Below, piece after piece: positions 8,696-21,494 of a stretch of DNA of 64,000 nucleotides. Origin of the DNA: an uncultured Pseudomonadota bacterium. GTDB lineage: Bacteria; Oederibacteriota; Muellerivitia; Muellerivitales; Muellerivitaceae. Numbering within the stretch: the stretch's first letter is position 1; every line of letters starts with the position of its first letter. Made by a program: the position numbers and the translations under genes. The notes beneath the pieces are model-generated. The model was not told the DNA's origin, did no database searches, and was given only the letters and a program-made list of their open reading frames with translations. Where the stretch lies: the NCBI GenBank assembly GCA_963770835.1, contig CAVYRH010000011.1, positions 1 to 64,000 on the forward strand, read 5' to 3'.

Positions 8696-9199
8696 ATGAT
8701 TGAAATGAAGGTGCGGGGCATCGCGATCGATCCCAACCTCAAACAACCCGCGGTCATTCTGACCGATGAGGACGAGAAGCGTTATCTGCCCATTTGGATC
8801 GGGGTAGCGGAAGCTACGGCTATCTTCCTCAAATTGAGCGACCAATCCATCGCCCGGCCCATGAGCCACGACCTGTTGAAAAGCGTTATCGACGCCTTGG
8901 GGGCCAAAGTGTCCAAGGTGCTGGTCAGCGACATCAACCAAAACACTTTTTTCGCCCGCATTTTCATGGAAATCCCCGAGACCGGGGATAAGGTGGACGT
9001 GGACGCCCGGCCCTCGGACGCCATCGCCCTGGCCCTTCGCACGGGTTCCCCCATTTACGTCGCCGAAAAGGTGGTGGTGGCGCCCGGCGTGATCATCCTG
9101 GACAAGGACAAGTGCAAGGAAGAAATGAGCGAGTTCAAGAAGTTCCTTGAAAACCTTTCCCCGACGGACTTTAATTTCCCCGGAAAAAACAAGCCATGA
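8696..9199 (+). CDS. Bifunctional nuclease (DUF151) protein, copy 1
   Basis: LPIWIG..EA, RPMSHDL, DARPSDAIALA. Confidence 0.9.
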   Translation: MIEMKVRGIAIDPNLKQPAVILTDEDEKRYLPIWIGVAEATAIFLKLSDQSIARPMSHDLLKSVIDALGAKVSKVLVSDINQNTFFARIFMEIPETGDKVDVDARPSDAIALALRTGSPIYVAEKVVVAPGVIILDKDKCKEEMSEFKKFLENLSPTDFNFPGKNKP

Positions 9200-9687
9200 T
9201 CGAAATGAAAGTGCGCGGCATCGCGGTGGACCCGGGCTTGAAGATCCCTATGGTCATCCTGACCGACGAGGAGGAAAAACGCTACCTGCCCATCCCCATC
9301 GGGGTCGCGGAGGCCACCGCCATCTTCATCCAGCTCCAAGAGCAGGTCATCCCCCGGCCGATGACCCATGACCTTTTGAAAAATATCCTGGAAGCCCTTG
9401 GCGCCAAGCTGACCAAGGTGTTGGTCAACGACCTCCACCAAAACACCTTTTTCGCCCGACTGTTCCTGGAAATACCCGACGCGGCGGAAAAAATCGAGGT
9501 TGACGCCCGGCCCTCGGACGCCATCGCCTTGGCGCTACGCACCAATTCGCCCATTTTCGTGGCGGAAAAGGTGGTGGTGAACGCCACCATCGTCGACAAG
9601 GAAAAATATAAAGAAGAAATGAGCGAGTTTAAGAAATTCCTCGAAAACCTTTCCCCCACGGACTTTAATCTGCCGGGCCCTACCTGA
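9196..9687 (+). CDS. Bifunctional nuclease (DUF151) protein, copy 2
   Basis: RPMTHDL, DARPSDAIALA; ATGA overlap with copy 1. Confidence 0.9.
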   Translation: MIEMKVRGIAVDPGLKIPMVILTDEEEKRYLPIPIGVAEATAIFIQLQEQVIPRPMTHDLLKNILEALGAKLTKVLVNDLHQNTFFARLFLEIPDAAEKIEVDARPSDAIALALRTNSPIFVAEKVVVNATIVDKEKYKEEMSEFKKFLENLSPTDFNLPGPT

Positions 9688-9721
9688 GCCCCTTCCCGGC
9701 CCCGAAGGTAAGGAGCCTCCC

Positions 9722-10051
9722 GTGTCCCCCCAAAGTTCTTCCATGCGCCAGGCCTTAACCGACAAGCATTTCGTCCTTTTGTTCCATACTACCCATGAAA
9801 CCATGCATGCGGAAGCGGTGATGAAAGACCACCGCATGCGGTTTAAGCTTATCCCCCGGCCCCGGGACATCCAGGACGATTGCGGCCTGGGCCTGGTGAT
9901 CGTGAAGGAGGACCGGCCCAAGGTCGAAGCCCTGCTCCCGGTCGAGGAGATTTACATCAAGGCGGCTTATCATATTGAAAGGAACGGACAATGGATAAAG
10001 GAAAGCTATCCAACGGCGCCACTCTCTTACGACTCTCAACCCTCGGAATAA
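9722..10051 (+). CDS. DUF3343 family protein
   Basis: F.TTHE.M.AE...K...LIPRPR.I..CGL pattern; AGGAG RBS. Confidence 0.7.
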   Translation: MSPQSSSMRQALTDKHFVLLFHTTHETMHAEAVMKDHRMRFKLIPRPRDIQDDCGLGLVIVKEDRPKVEALLPVEEIYIKAAYHIERNGQWIKESYPTAPLSYDSQPSE

Positions 10052-10233
10052 CTTTCGTTATTTGCACCTTCGTGGGGCTGGGGTTAGGATTGTTGGCCAA
10101 ACGATTTCTCCACCTGGGGGATTGGGTGATAATTGTGGGTCTCGTTTTTGGAATTGTTACCAGCTATGTCGTTCTTTTCCAGGATTTGAAGGAGATCAAT
10201 AAAGACATGAAAAATCCCCCCCATCCAAAATGA
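9991..10233 (+). CDS. AtpZ/AtpI-family small membrane protein
   Basis: Two-TM 80-aa protein (LG...G..LG...D pattern) at the head of the atp operon. Confidence 0.7.
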   Translation: MDKGKLSNGATLLRLSTLGITFVICTFVGLGLGLLAKRFLHLGDWVIIVGLVFGIVTSYVVLFQDLKEINKDMKNPPHPK

Positions 10234-10670
10234 CTACCATTTTCCATCGAAACCGGGAAAAAACAGCCGGGATCCCCGAGGAGAGCCGTCTTTGGCTGAA
10301 AAGGGCCGCGATGGTTATTTTAATCGGGGGATTCATCGTCGCCGCTGTCGCTTTTTTTATTCAAAAAAAAGGCCCGGCTTTGGGACTTTTTTTGGGAACC
10401 ATTCTTTCCATCCTCAATTTTTATTCCCTGCACGCCTTGTCCGGAAAAATATTAAAAGCCGGAAGCCGGGGTGGAAAAATCTTCTGGTTCTGGACGATTT
10501 TCCGCTGGGCCATTGCCGCGCTGATTTGTTGGGGGTTGGTCCTAATTTCACCTTCCTGTTTATTAGGAGCCTTGGGTGGATACCTTTGGGCCTTGGGGGT
10601 TTTGGGGTGGAGAGGTTGGCGGGCCGCATCTTCCGATAAAACTTCTCCACGACCGTTGGAAAAAGATTAA
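10230..10670 (+). CDS. atpI: ATP synthase protein I
   Basis: 4-TM protein with G..LG..LS..NF motif upstream of atpB. Confidence 0.7.
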   Translation: MTTIFHRNREKTAGIPEESRLWLKRAAMVILIGGFIVAAVAFFIQKKGPALGLFLGTILSILNFYSLHALSGKILKAGSRGGKIFWFWTIFRWAIAALICWGLVLISPSCLLGALGGYLWALGVLGWRGWRAASSDKTSPRPLEKD

Positions 10671-10687
10671 TTTATGTTGGCCCAGGG

Positions 10688-10716
10688 TTGACCAAATTTT
10701 GGTAAGACACTAAACT
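10688..10716 (+). promoter_or_regulatory. Sigma70-type promoter for atpB
   Basis: TTGACC-17 nt-TAAACT. Confidence 0.6.
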
Positions 10717-10725
10717 ACCCCCGCT

Positions 10726-10743
10726 TTGTGAAGGATTTCACAA
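10726..10743. promoter_or_regulatory. Rex-type operator
   Basis: TTGTGAAGGATTTCACAA is an exact match to TTGTGAA-N4-TTCACAA. Confidence 0.7.
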
Positions 10744-10830
10744 AGTTTTTTTGCGAAGGCACTGATTCAACACCCATCCCTTTTTTTTCATTTCAGGCGA
10801 CGCTGAGAGTTTGAAAGAAAGGTTTTCTCC

Positions 10831-11655
10831 ATGGAGTCCGCTGAGAGTCCCCTGTTCATCCCCTTCCATTTTTTTGGCCTTGAAAACGCCATCAACACCC
10901 TCACTATTTCCTGGTTCGTCACCCTGCTCCTTTTGGTTTTATTCCTTATCGTCCGGAACAATCTTCGAACCGTACCAAAGGGACTCCAGAATTTTTTTGA
11001 GCTTATTGTGGATTTCGTCCAGGGTTTGGCCGAGCCCTTGGTGGGCCGCCATTCCGATTTCTTTTTCCCGCTGTTCTTTTACCTTTTCCTCTTTATTTTC
11101 TTTTGCAACCTGATGGGATTGATTCCGGGGTTGATGTCGCCGACAAGCCGAGTGGATGTCAACGTCGGAATGGCCCTGGTGGTTTTCCTCTCAACCCAAT
11201 TCTTCGGCATCAAGGAAAAAGGGCTCTTCAAGTATCTCTCGCATTTCCTCCCACCCCCCATCCCAATTGATCCAAAGTCTCCTCTTTGGCTGAAAATTAT
11301 GATGCGGACCATTTCGGCGGGATTGTTGATCATGATGCCCGCCATTCACCTGGTGGGTGAGTTGGTGAGGCCCGTCTCGCTGACCATGAGGTTATTCGGT
11401 AACATCATGGGGAAGGAAAAAATCCTCGCTGTATCCGTCCTCCTGATGATGATCCTTTGGAACGTGGCGGCTCCCTTCAAGGTCTTTTCCGTGCTTCCGT
11501 TCCTTCTTCGCGTGATGATCGTTATCCTGGGGGTTTTTGTTTCTTTTATTCAAGCCTTAGTGTTCATGTTTTTGGCCATGGTTTACATCGGTGGGGCCAT
11601 CGAGGAACACGAGGAAGGTGAAGGGCATACGGGCACTGAGACGGCCCACGAATGA
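10831..11655 (+). CDS. atpB: ATP synthase F0 subunit a
   Basis: P.GLQNFFE, NLMGLIPG, RPVSLTMRLFGNI, FIQALVF. Confidence 0.95.
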   Translation: MESAESPLFIPFHFFGLENAINTLTISWFVTLLLLVLFLIVRNNLRTVPKGLQNFFELIVDFVQGLAEPLVGRHSDFFFPLFFYLFLFIFFCNLMGLIPGLMSPTSRVDVNVGMALVVFLSTQFFGIKEKGLFKYLSHFLPPPIPIDPKSPLWLKIMMRTISAGLLIMMPAIHLVGELVRPVSLTMRLFGNIMGKEKILAVSVLLMMILWNVAAPFKVFSVLPFLLRVMIVILGVFVSFIQALVFMFLAMVYIGGAIEEHEEGEGHTGTETAHE

Positions 11656-11741
11656 CGCTGATGTTCCCGCGCAAGCGGGATTCCCGGGGGCTTGCCCCCG
11701 CTTGCTCCCCGGGATTCGTAAAAAAAGTAAGGAGACGGATC

Positions 11742-12101
11742 ATGAAAAGGATTTGGACGGCGTTATTTTTGACACTTGTTTTCGCGGCGATGAACGGGGC
11801 AGTTTGGGCACAAGCCGCGGCCCCGAAAGCGGCTGAGGGAAGTGTTTGGTTCTTCGGTATGACGGTGTTAGGGGCGGGATTGGCCATTGGATTGGGGGCC
11901 ATCGGCGCGGGCGTGGGGCAGGGCATGGCCGTTGGCAAGGCCCTGGAAGCCATGGCACGGCAGCCGGAAATGGTGGGGACAATCCAAACCAACATGTTCA
12001 TCGGTTTGGCCTTCATCGAATCCCTCTGCATTTACGCCTTGGCGGTCTCAATGATCCTGATTTACGCGAATCCCTTCAAGGGCCTGTTCATCGCCGGGTA
12101 A
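11742..12101 (+). CDS. atpE: ATP synthase F0 subunit c with N-terminal leader
   Basis: GxGxGxG motif, ARQPE loop, FIESL; AAGGAG RBS before ATG 11742. Confidence 0.95.
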   Translation: MKRIWTALFLTLVFAAMNGAVWAQAAAPKAAEGSVWFFGMTVLGAGLAIGLGAIGAGVGQGMAVGKALEAMARQPEMVGTIQTNMFIGLAFIESLCIYALAVSMILIYANPFKGLFIAG

Positions 12102-12160
12102 GGCGGTAAAACTCACCCCGGGGGACGGGGTCCCCCGGGGACATTTTGAAAAGGTAAACC

Positions 12161-12649
12161 ATGGAATTCAATCTAAATGTTTTTCTACTTCAACTCGCGA
12201 CATTCCTCGTGGGAATGTGGTTGTCCGCCAAGATATTCCTTCCTTATTTAAGGAAGTGGATGTCAGACAGGCAAAAGCGCATCGAGGACCAGCTGGCCAC
12301 CGCGGAAAAGCGGCAGAAGGACGCGGAGGCCCTGAAGGCGGAATTTGAGAACAAGGTGAGGGAACTGGAGCAGAATACCTCCGACATCCTCCAGCGCACC
12401 CGCCAGGAGGCCACCCGGAGCCGCGATGAGGTGATCCAAGCCGCCCGCAAGGAGGCCGAGCTTATCCTCGCCGACGCCCGTAAGGCCATTGAAAGCGAAC
12501 GCCAGGAAGTGACTCAAGCCCTTCAGAAAGAAGTGGGGGCCTTGGCAGTGGCCATCGCTGAAAAAATCCTCCGCACCTCAGTCGACACGAGGGCCCAGGA
12601 AAAGCTGATCCAGGAAGGCGTTAAAGAGTTGGGGGCCCGGAAGAATTAA
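12161..12649 (+). CDS. atpF: ATP synthase F0 subunit b
   Basis: N-terminal TM followed by coiled coil; IAEKIL. Confidence 0.9.
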   Translation: MEFNLNVFLLQLATFLVGMWLSAKIFLPYLRKWMSDRQKRIEDQLATAEKRQKDAEALKAEFENKVRELEQNTSDILQRTRQEATRSRDEVIQAARKEAELILADARKAIESERQEVTQALQKEVGALAVAIAEKILRTSVDTRAQEKLIQEGVKELGARKN

Positions 12650-12714
12650 GTTTAAGCCACGGGATATCCGTTAATTTGATGTTCCCCGCGGAGAAAAGGG
12701 TTGGTTGGAAAACT

Positions 12715-13261
12715 ATGGAATCCGTCATCGCCGAAAAATACGCCGTGGCCCTCTTACAAGTGGCCCAGGAACAAAAGACAGTGGACGCCATCGGGGCCGA
12801 GATTCAATCCATCCAGAAAATGGTGGAAACGAACGCGGACCTGAGAAACACCCTGGAGCACCCCCGCGTCAAGGCGGATGAAAAGCTGTCGGCCCTCCAA
12901 GGCTTCTTGGGGCAAAAACTCTCCACGACCATGGAAAACTTCCTCCTGCTTCTCATCGTGAAAAAGCGCATCAAACACCTCAAAGCCGTCGCTGATCATT
13001 ACGAAAGACTTCTTTATGGGATGCAGGGAAAGGCCGTGGCCCGGGTCCTGACCGCCATGCCCCTGACGGCCGCCCAAAAGCAGAGCCATGACCGAAAGGC
13101 TCTCCGAAATGTTCGGAGTGACGGTGGAATTAAAGGAAGAAGTGAAGCCCAACCTGATCGGCGGAATGATGATTTATTTGGGCGACCAGCGAATGGACGG
13201 AAGCGTGCTGGGCCAACTGGAACGCATGAAACAACGGCTTTTGAAAGTCGAAATCGAGTAA
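12715..13261 (+). CDS. atpH: ATP synthase delta subunit (apparent frameshift near 13085)
   Basis: IAEKYAVAL N-terminus; LIGGM...DGS C-terminus is in another frame. Confidence 0.85.
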
Positions 13262-13283
13262 ACGAAATAGCGGAGGTAATAGC

Positions 13284-14793
<1,510 letters not shown>

Positions 14794-14824
14794 GATTCAC
14801 CTGACAGCTAAGGACTGGTTTTAA

Positions 14825-15692
14825 ATGGCGCAAATCAAAGAAATCAAAACCCGCATCAAGAGCGTGAAGAACATCGGGCAGATCACCAAGGCCATGAAGA
14901 TGGTGGCCGCGGCCCGCCTGAAACGCGCCCAGGAGCGCATTTTGGGGGCCCGCCCCTACGCCATCAAGCATGGCGGATGTGATGAAGAACCTCGCTTCCA
15001 AGGCGGGCGAAGAAGTCCATCCGCTTTTAAGCGTGCGGGCGGAGGGCAAGACCGCCTTGATGGTGATTACCGCCGACCGGGGCCTTTGCGGAAGCTTCAA
15101 CACCAACATCCTGCGGCAGGCCTATACCTATATGAAGGAAAACCCACAGACGGTCCTGCTGACGGTGGGCAAGAAAGGACGGGATTTTTTCAAGCGCCGC
15201 AACTACCCCATCCGCCGCGAATGGCTGGGGGTTTTTCCCCATGTACCCATGGAGACGGTTTTGGAGATGCGCGACGAGATCGAGACGCTCTTCATCACGA
15301 AGAAATTTAAATCCGTCCTAGTCCTTTACACCGAGTTCAAAAGCGTGATCCAGCAAAAGATGACCATGGACACCCTTCTTCCCATCAGGGTCCGGGAACT
15401 GCCGGGCGAGGGCAAAAAGGTGGACTATGCGGCAGGGGATTACGAGTTCGAACCGGACATTGAAACCATCCTGGAAAGACTGATTTCCCAGTACCTGGCC
15501 ACCCAAATCCACCGTTACCTCTTGGAAAGCTTCTCCTCCGAGATGGGGGCCAAACGCAACGCCATGGAGGCGGCCAGCAAGAATGCTTCCGAAATGATGG
15601 CCAAGCTGACGCTGGAGTTCAACCGCGCCCGCCAGGCCATGATCACCAAGGAAATCGCTGAAATCGTGGGTGGAGCCGCCGCTCTCCAATAG
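14825..15692 (+). CDS. atpG: ATP synthase gamma subunit (apparent frameshift near 14965)
   Basis: [33 protein letters not shown]. Confidence 0.95.
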
Positions 15693-15699
15693 GAGAGCG

Positions 15700-15795
15700 A
15701 GTTTGCAGTTTTGAGTTATTAGTTTTAAGTGATGGATGGCTTCCGCGAAGCGGAAGCTTCGTTAACTTAGAACTCAAAATTTAGAGCTTAAAACT
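15700..15795. repeat. Heptamer-repeat inverted hairpin
   Basis: AGTTTGC AGTTTTG AGTTATT AGTTTTA ... AACTTAG AACTCAA AATTTAG AGCTTAA, with an inner GCTTCCGC/GCGGAAGC stem. Confidence 0.7.
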
Positions 15796-15813
15796 TTAGT
15801 AAAGGATTACATC

Positions 15814-17231
<1,418 letters not shown>

Positions 17232-17353
17232 AAAAGCAGTCGTGCCAACGGCTTTTTAAACCTTTGGCACAACCAAAGCGAGCCGTTCGGCTTGAAGCCT
17301 CTCGGCAGGTCGCAGTTCGCGGCTGACAGTTGACAGCAAGGAAAACAAAAGAA

Positions 17354-17773
17354 ATGTCGAAAACATTCAACCTACAAGTCGTGGCGCCGGACCACCCCGT
17401 CCTCTCGGAAGAAGCGACCTTGGTCGAGCTTCCCGGCGAGGTGGGTGAATTCGGCGTGATGGCGGGGCACATGGCCCTCTTATCTACCCTGAAACCCGGC
17501 ACCTTGCGCATTATCAAAGACCAGCAAAGGGAGCTTTATTTCGTGGCAGGCGGTTTCGCCGAAGTCAACGGCGCTTCCGTCATCGTGCTGGCGGAAGAAT
17601 ACGTCAAGGCCGAGGAAATTGACGTGGAAGACGCCAAGAAAATCAAAAAGCACTCCGAGGAAGTCTTAGCGGAGAAAAAAGAAGGCGCCGACCTCAAAGC
17701 CGCCCACCACGCCCTCTCCCGCGCCGAAGCCCGCTTGAAGGTTGTGGAAGAGTACAAGTTCTTGAAGAAATAA
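17354..17773 (+). CDS. atpC: ATP synthase epsilon subunit
   Basis: LPG..GEFGV..GH, VAGGFAEV. Confidence 0.9.
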   Translation: MSKTFNLQVVAPDHPVLSEEATLVELPGEVGEFGVMAGHMALLSTLKPGTLRIIKDQQRELYFVAGGFAEVNGASVIVLAEEYVKAEEIDVEDAKKIKKHSEEVLAEKKEGADLKAAHHALSRAEARLKVVEEYKFLKK

Positions 17774-17889
17774 TCCTTAAAATACAGCCCTCCTTGATCA
17801 GTTGTGGCTCCCAGGCTTCCCCGGCCTTGGCTTTAAGTCCACCGAAAGATAAAATGGTTTTGGTGTTCTTGTAACAAAGGGTAAGCAAC

Positions 17890-18288
17890 ATGATCGTTGG
17901 ATTGGGTGTGGATTTGATCGAGATCGAAAGGGTGAAGCAGGCCCATGAGAAGCATGGCCAACGCTTCATCGACCGCCTTTTCACGCCTGGCGAAGCCAAA
18001 TATTGCCTCCGGAAAAAAGACCCCTATCCGTCACTGGCCGGCCGTTTCGCGGCCAAAGAAGCCGTCATCAAGGCTTTTAGTCACGGGTTCGGCGGCCGTT
18101 GGAAATGGACCCAAATCGAGGTCGTCCGGGACTTGAGCGGCAAACCCAGCCTGAAATTGACCGGCATTATGGAGAAACTCCGGGTACAGCGAAAAGTCGA
18201 CAACGTGCTGCTCACCATCGCCCATAGCAAGCGGGACGCAACGGCCACCGTAATTTTTGAATCCTCCGCCAAGGCCGGAAAAAAATGA
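17890..18288 (+). CDS. acpS: Holo-ACP synthase
   Basis: GLGVDLIEIER, AGRFAAKEA. Confidence 0.95.
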   Translation: MIVGLGVDLIEIERVKQAHEKHGQRFIDRLFTPGEAKYCLRKKDPYPSLAGRFAAKEAVIKAFSHGFGGRWKWTQIEVVRDLSGKPSLKLTGIMEKLRVQRKVDNVLLTIAHSKRDATATVIFESSAKAGKK

Positions 18289-19787
18289 CCGAATCGCGCG
18301 CTTTCAAACCCCGTTCCTTGACTCCGGCCCAATGGTTTTGGTTTTTGGCTTTCATGGGTCTCTTGGCGCGCATTCCATTCCTCAAAATTTTTTCCGCCGA
18401 AACCACCGACGGGATCCTTTGCCTGACCTATTTTTCCCCCGACCTGGCCCAAACGCCGCGTTTCGTCATTCTCCCCGGTTATCCTGCTTTGTTGTGGGTG
18501 GGGCAAACCCTGGGCCTGCCGGGATGGTTGTGGGGAAGGCTGGTGTCGATGATTGCGGGCCTTCTCTTCCTCATCCCCTTATGGAAGCTTTCCCGCCGAT
18601 GGGTGCCGGTGGAGATGTCGGGTGTGATCTGCCTCATGGCGCTTTTCTCCCCACTGCTTTGGGAGTGGTCCCTCCGGGTCATGCCGGACACCCTCTTTCT
18701 GCTGGCCTTTTGGTGGTGCCTGGAAAGGTTGACCACGGTTTACATCGACAAGACCCCCGCCGCCTGGTGGCAGGCCTGTCTGATGGGAGCGCTGGCATCC
18801 TTGACCCGGCCCGAGGGATTCCTTTTGTTGCCTTGGCTCCTAGTTTCGGGTGTCTCCCTCTCCAAGGAAGGGGTCTGGAAAAGAGCGGCCGGCTTGGCGT
18901 TGGTTTGGGCCGGGCCCCTTTATTTCATCAGTCCCAAATTCCTGACCCTTCTTTTCGCCTACCAGGAAGGCATGGGGTTGACGGAGGGAATGGAAAGGGT
19001 CAGGTTCCCCTTCGTCAACTTCATCGACCATTTTTACGCCTACCTTTCCCAGCCCCTTTACGTTTTCACGCCGCTGGTTTTTTGGTTCGCCGTCCTGGGG
19101 CTCGCCAAAATGGCCCGCCGAAGCGGCCCGGAGGGGGAGGCCTTCCGGAAGATCCTGCTCCAGGTTTACATTCTCGTCTTCCTTTCGCGGCTGATACCGG
19201 AAACCTACCAGGACCGGCACATGCTTTTGTTCCTGCCCCTCCTGCTTTTGGCCGCGGGCTACCAGTTGGAGTCGTTCTTTGAAAGCCTCCAACAGCACCG
19301 GGGAACGGTCCGCCTGATGTTCTGGAAAAATGGCCTTCTTGCCTTTTGCCTTTCCTGGCTTGCCCTTTTTTCCTCGGTGGTTTTGATGGGACAGAACGAT
19401 TCCTTCGGGGACATCAAGCGCTCCTCGGAGTTCCTGAAAAACCTCCCGGCGGACGCCCCGATTTACTCGGACGAGGTGCCCAAGACCGAATACTGGTCCG
19501 GCCGCAAAGTTGCCCTGATGCCCTATCTTTACCAGAACGTCCAGTTCAACCCCAAGCCGGGCGACATCATCGTCCTCCATAGCTTCTATATACCGAGGAT
19601 CAATGACGTGGACCGCCATTTGACGGAAGTCCACGACGCCAAATTGCTCCACGAGGAAATGAGCATGGTGGTGCCGCTCCTAACCGACGTCATGGAGGAC
19701 CCAAACCTTCAAAACCGGACCTCCTCCACGGCCTTCCGTTTCAAACCCCAATTTTTCAAAAGTCGGGTCTACCAAATCCGGAAATAG
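18285..19787 (+). CDS. GT-C fold (ArnT/PMT-like) membrane glycosyltransferase
   Basis: Polytopic membrane protein with PGYP, LTRPEG and DRHML motifs. Confidence 0.6.
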   Translation: MTESRAFKPRSLTPAQWFWFLAFMGLLARIPFLKIFSAETTDGILCLTYFSPDLAQTPRFVILPGYPALLWVGQTLGLPGWLWGRLVSMIAGLLFLIPLWKLSRRWVPVEMSGVICLMALFSPLLWEWSLRVMPDTLFLLAFWWCLERLTTVYIDKTPAAWWQACLMGALASLTRPEGFLLLPWLLVSGVSLSKEGVWKRAAGLALVWAGPLYFISPKFLTLLFAYQEGMGLTEGMERVRFPFVNFIDHFYAYLSQPLYVFTPLVFWFAVLGLAKMARRSGPEGEAFRKILLQVYILVFLSRLIPETYQDRHMLLFLPLLLLAAGYQLESFFESLQQHRGTVRLMFWKNGLLAFCLSWLALFSSVVLMGQNDSFGDIKRSSEFLKNLPADAPIYSDEVPKTEYWSGRKVALMPYLYQNVQFNPKPGDIIVLHSFYIPRINDVDRHLTEVHDAKLLHEEMSMVVPLLTDVMEDPNLQNRTSSTAFRFKPQFFKSRVYQIRK

Positions 19788-19802
19788 CGAGGGAAGGCGA
19801 CG

Positions 19803-21494
19803 ATGAAATTAGCCACAGCCCAAGACATGCGGAAAATCGACGAATTGGCTGTCAAAGAACAGGGCCTGGCCGTTTCTCAATTGATGGAGGCGGCGGGAGC
19901 CGCCGTAGTCATGGCCATGGAGGAAACCTGGAAGGACCTTTCAGAAAAAGCTGTCGGCATCCTCTGTGGAAAAGGGAACAACGGCGGGGATGGGCTGGCG
20001 GTGGCCCGGCTCTTGAAACAAAAGAAAGCCAGCGTGGTGGTGATCCTGATGGGGGAAGAGGAGGACCTTTCGCCGGAGGCGCGAAACCAATACCAAAAAG
20101 CCAAGGCGGCCAAGGTCCCCATCCTCCCCTTGTTGGACGGGGAGGGAATGAAGGCGGCCCGGGCGGCCCTGGAGGAATGCGATCTTCTGGTGGACGCTTT
20201 ATTCGGAACGGGCCTCTCTCGCCCCGTGGAGGGAATCAGCCGAGAATTAATTCAGGTAGCCAAAGGCTTGGGAAAGCCGGTCGTGGCTGTTGACATCCCT
20301 TCGGGCCTTTCCGCCGATTCAGGTTCGCCCCTGGGCGAAGCCCTCCCGGCCCTGATGACCGTGACCTTCGGGCTTTCCAAGATAGGCTTTTACACCCCCA
20401 TCGGATCCAATTTCACCGGCCGGGTGGTCGTGGATGACATCGGCTTTCCGCCCGCGCTTTTGAATGCGCCTTTTTTAAAGTATGAATTGATGGAACGGGA
20501 GACGGTCCAAAAAATTCTTCCCAAGTATGACGAAAACACCCACAAGGGAACTAGGGGAAGGCTAGTCATCGTGGCTGGTGCCACCGGATTAACCGGCGCG
20601 GCGGCCTTGAGCGCCTATGGCGCCATGCGCATCGGGGCCGGGTTGGTGACGGTGGCCTGTCCCGAAAGCCTGATCCCCATCCTGGGGGCCAAGCTGACCG
20701 AGCCCATGACTGCGCCGGTGCCGGAGGTTGAGGGAGGCTTTCTTTCCCTTCGTGCTGCGGGGCGTATCCTTCACCTGACCACCAACGTCAACGCGGTGGT
20801 CATCGGCCCGGGCATCGGGCGGCACCGGGAAACGGGCCAACTGCTCCGGGAGATCCTCACCAAACTCACCGTCCCCATGGTGGTGGACGCCGACGCCCTC
20901 AACCTGTTGGGGGGCCAATTGGACATCTTCCGGGCGGTGCAGGTCCCCGCCGTTTTAACGCCCCATCCGGGGGAAGCGGCCTGGCTCTTGAAGACCACGA
21001 TTACGGAGGTGGAACAAAACCGGGTGAAAGTTGCGAAGCAAATAGCCGAAGGCTATAATGTGACGGTTGTTTTAAAAGGACGCTATACCGTTATCGCCAG
21101 CCCTGAGGGGAAGGTCCGCGTCAACCCCACGGGAAGCCGCGGACTAGCCACGGGCGGCACGGGGGACGTCCTTTCCGGGATCATAGGCGGCCTTTTAGCT
21201 CAGCGCCTGCCGCCTTTCGAGGCGGCGACCGCCGGGGTTTATATCCACGGGTTGGCCGGCGAGAAGGCTAGCCGAAGACTCGGCCCCGACGGGTTGCTGG
21301 CGGGAGACCTTTTGCCTCTTCTTCCGCGTTTGTTGCGCCAGTTAAAAGAAAACGAACGGGAGCCCCTATGGCCGTCGCATCCGAACTCCAAAACCAGTGG
21401 GAGGCTTTTCTCAAACTCCTCCAAGTCCGCGAGCCACGCCTCCACGAGCATCTCCAAACCGCGCGGATCAAGGAAGCCACCAAGTACAACTTGA
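19803..21494 (+). CDS. nnr: Bifunctional NAD(P)H-hydrate epimerase/dehydratase
   Basis: GKGNNGGDG, VDIPSG, TPHPGEA, LATGGTGDVL. Confidence 0.92.
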   Translation: MKLATAQDMRKIDELAVKEQGLAVSQLMEAAGAAVVMAMEETWKDLSEKAVGILCGKGNNGGDGLAVARLLKQKKASVVVILMGEEEDLSPEARNQYQKAKAAKVPILPLLDGEGMKAARAALEECDLLVDALFGTGLSRPVEGISRELIQVAKGLGKPVVAVDIPSGLSADSGSPLGEALPALMTVTFGLSKIGFYTPIGSNFTGRVVVDDIGFPPALLNAPFLKYELMERETVQKILPKYDENTHKGTRGRLVIVAGATGLTGAAALSAYGAMRIGAGLVTVACPESLIPILGAKLTEPMTAPVPEVEGGFLSLRAAGRILHLTTNVNAVVIGPGIGRHRETGQLLREILTKLTVPMVVDADALNLLGGQLDIFRAVQVPAVLTPHPGEAAWLLKTTITEVEQNRVKVAKQIAEGYNVTVVLKGRYTVIASPEGKVRVNPTGSRGLATGGTGDVLSGIIGGLLAQRLPPFEAATAGVYIHGLAGEKASRRLGPDGLLAGDLLPLLPRLLRQLKENEREPLWPSHPNSKTSGRLFSNSSKSASHASTSISKPRGSRKPPSTT

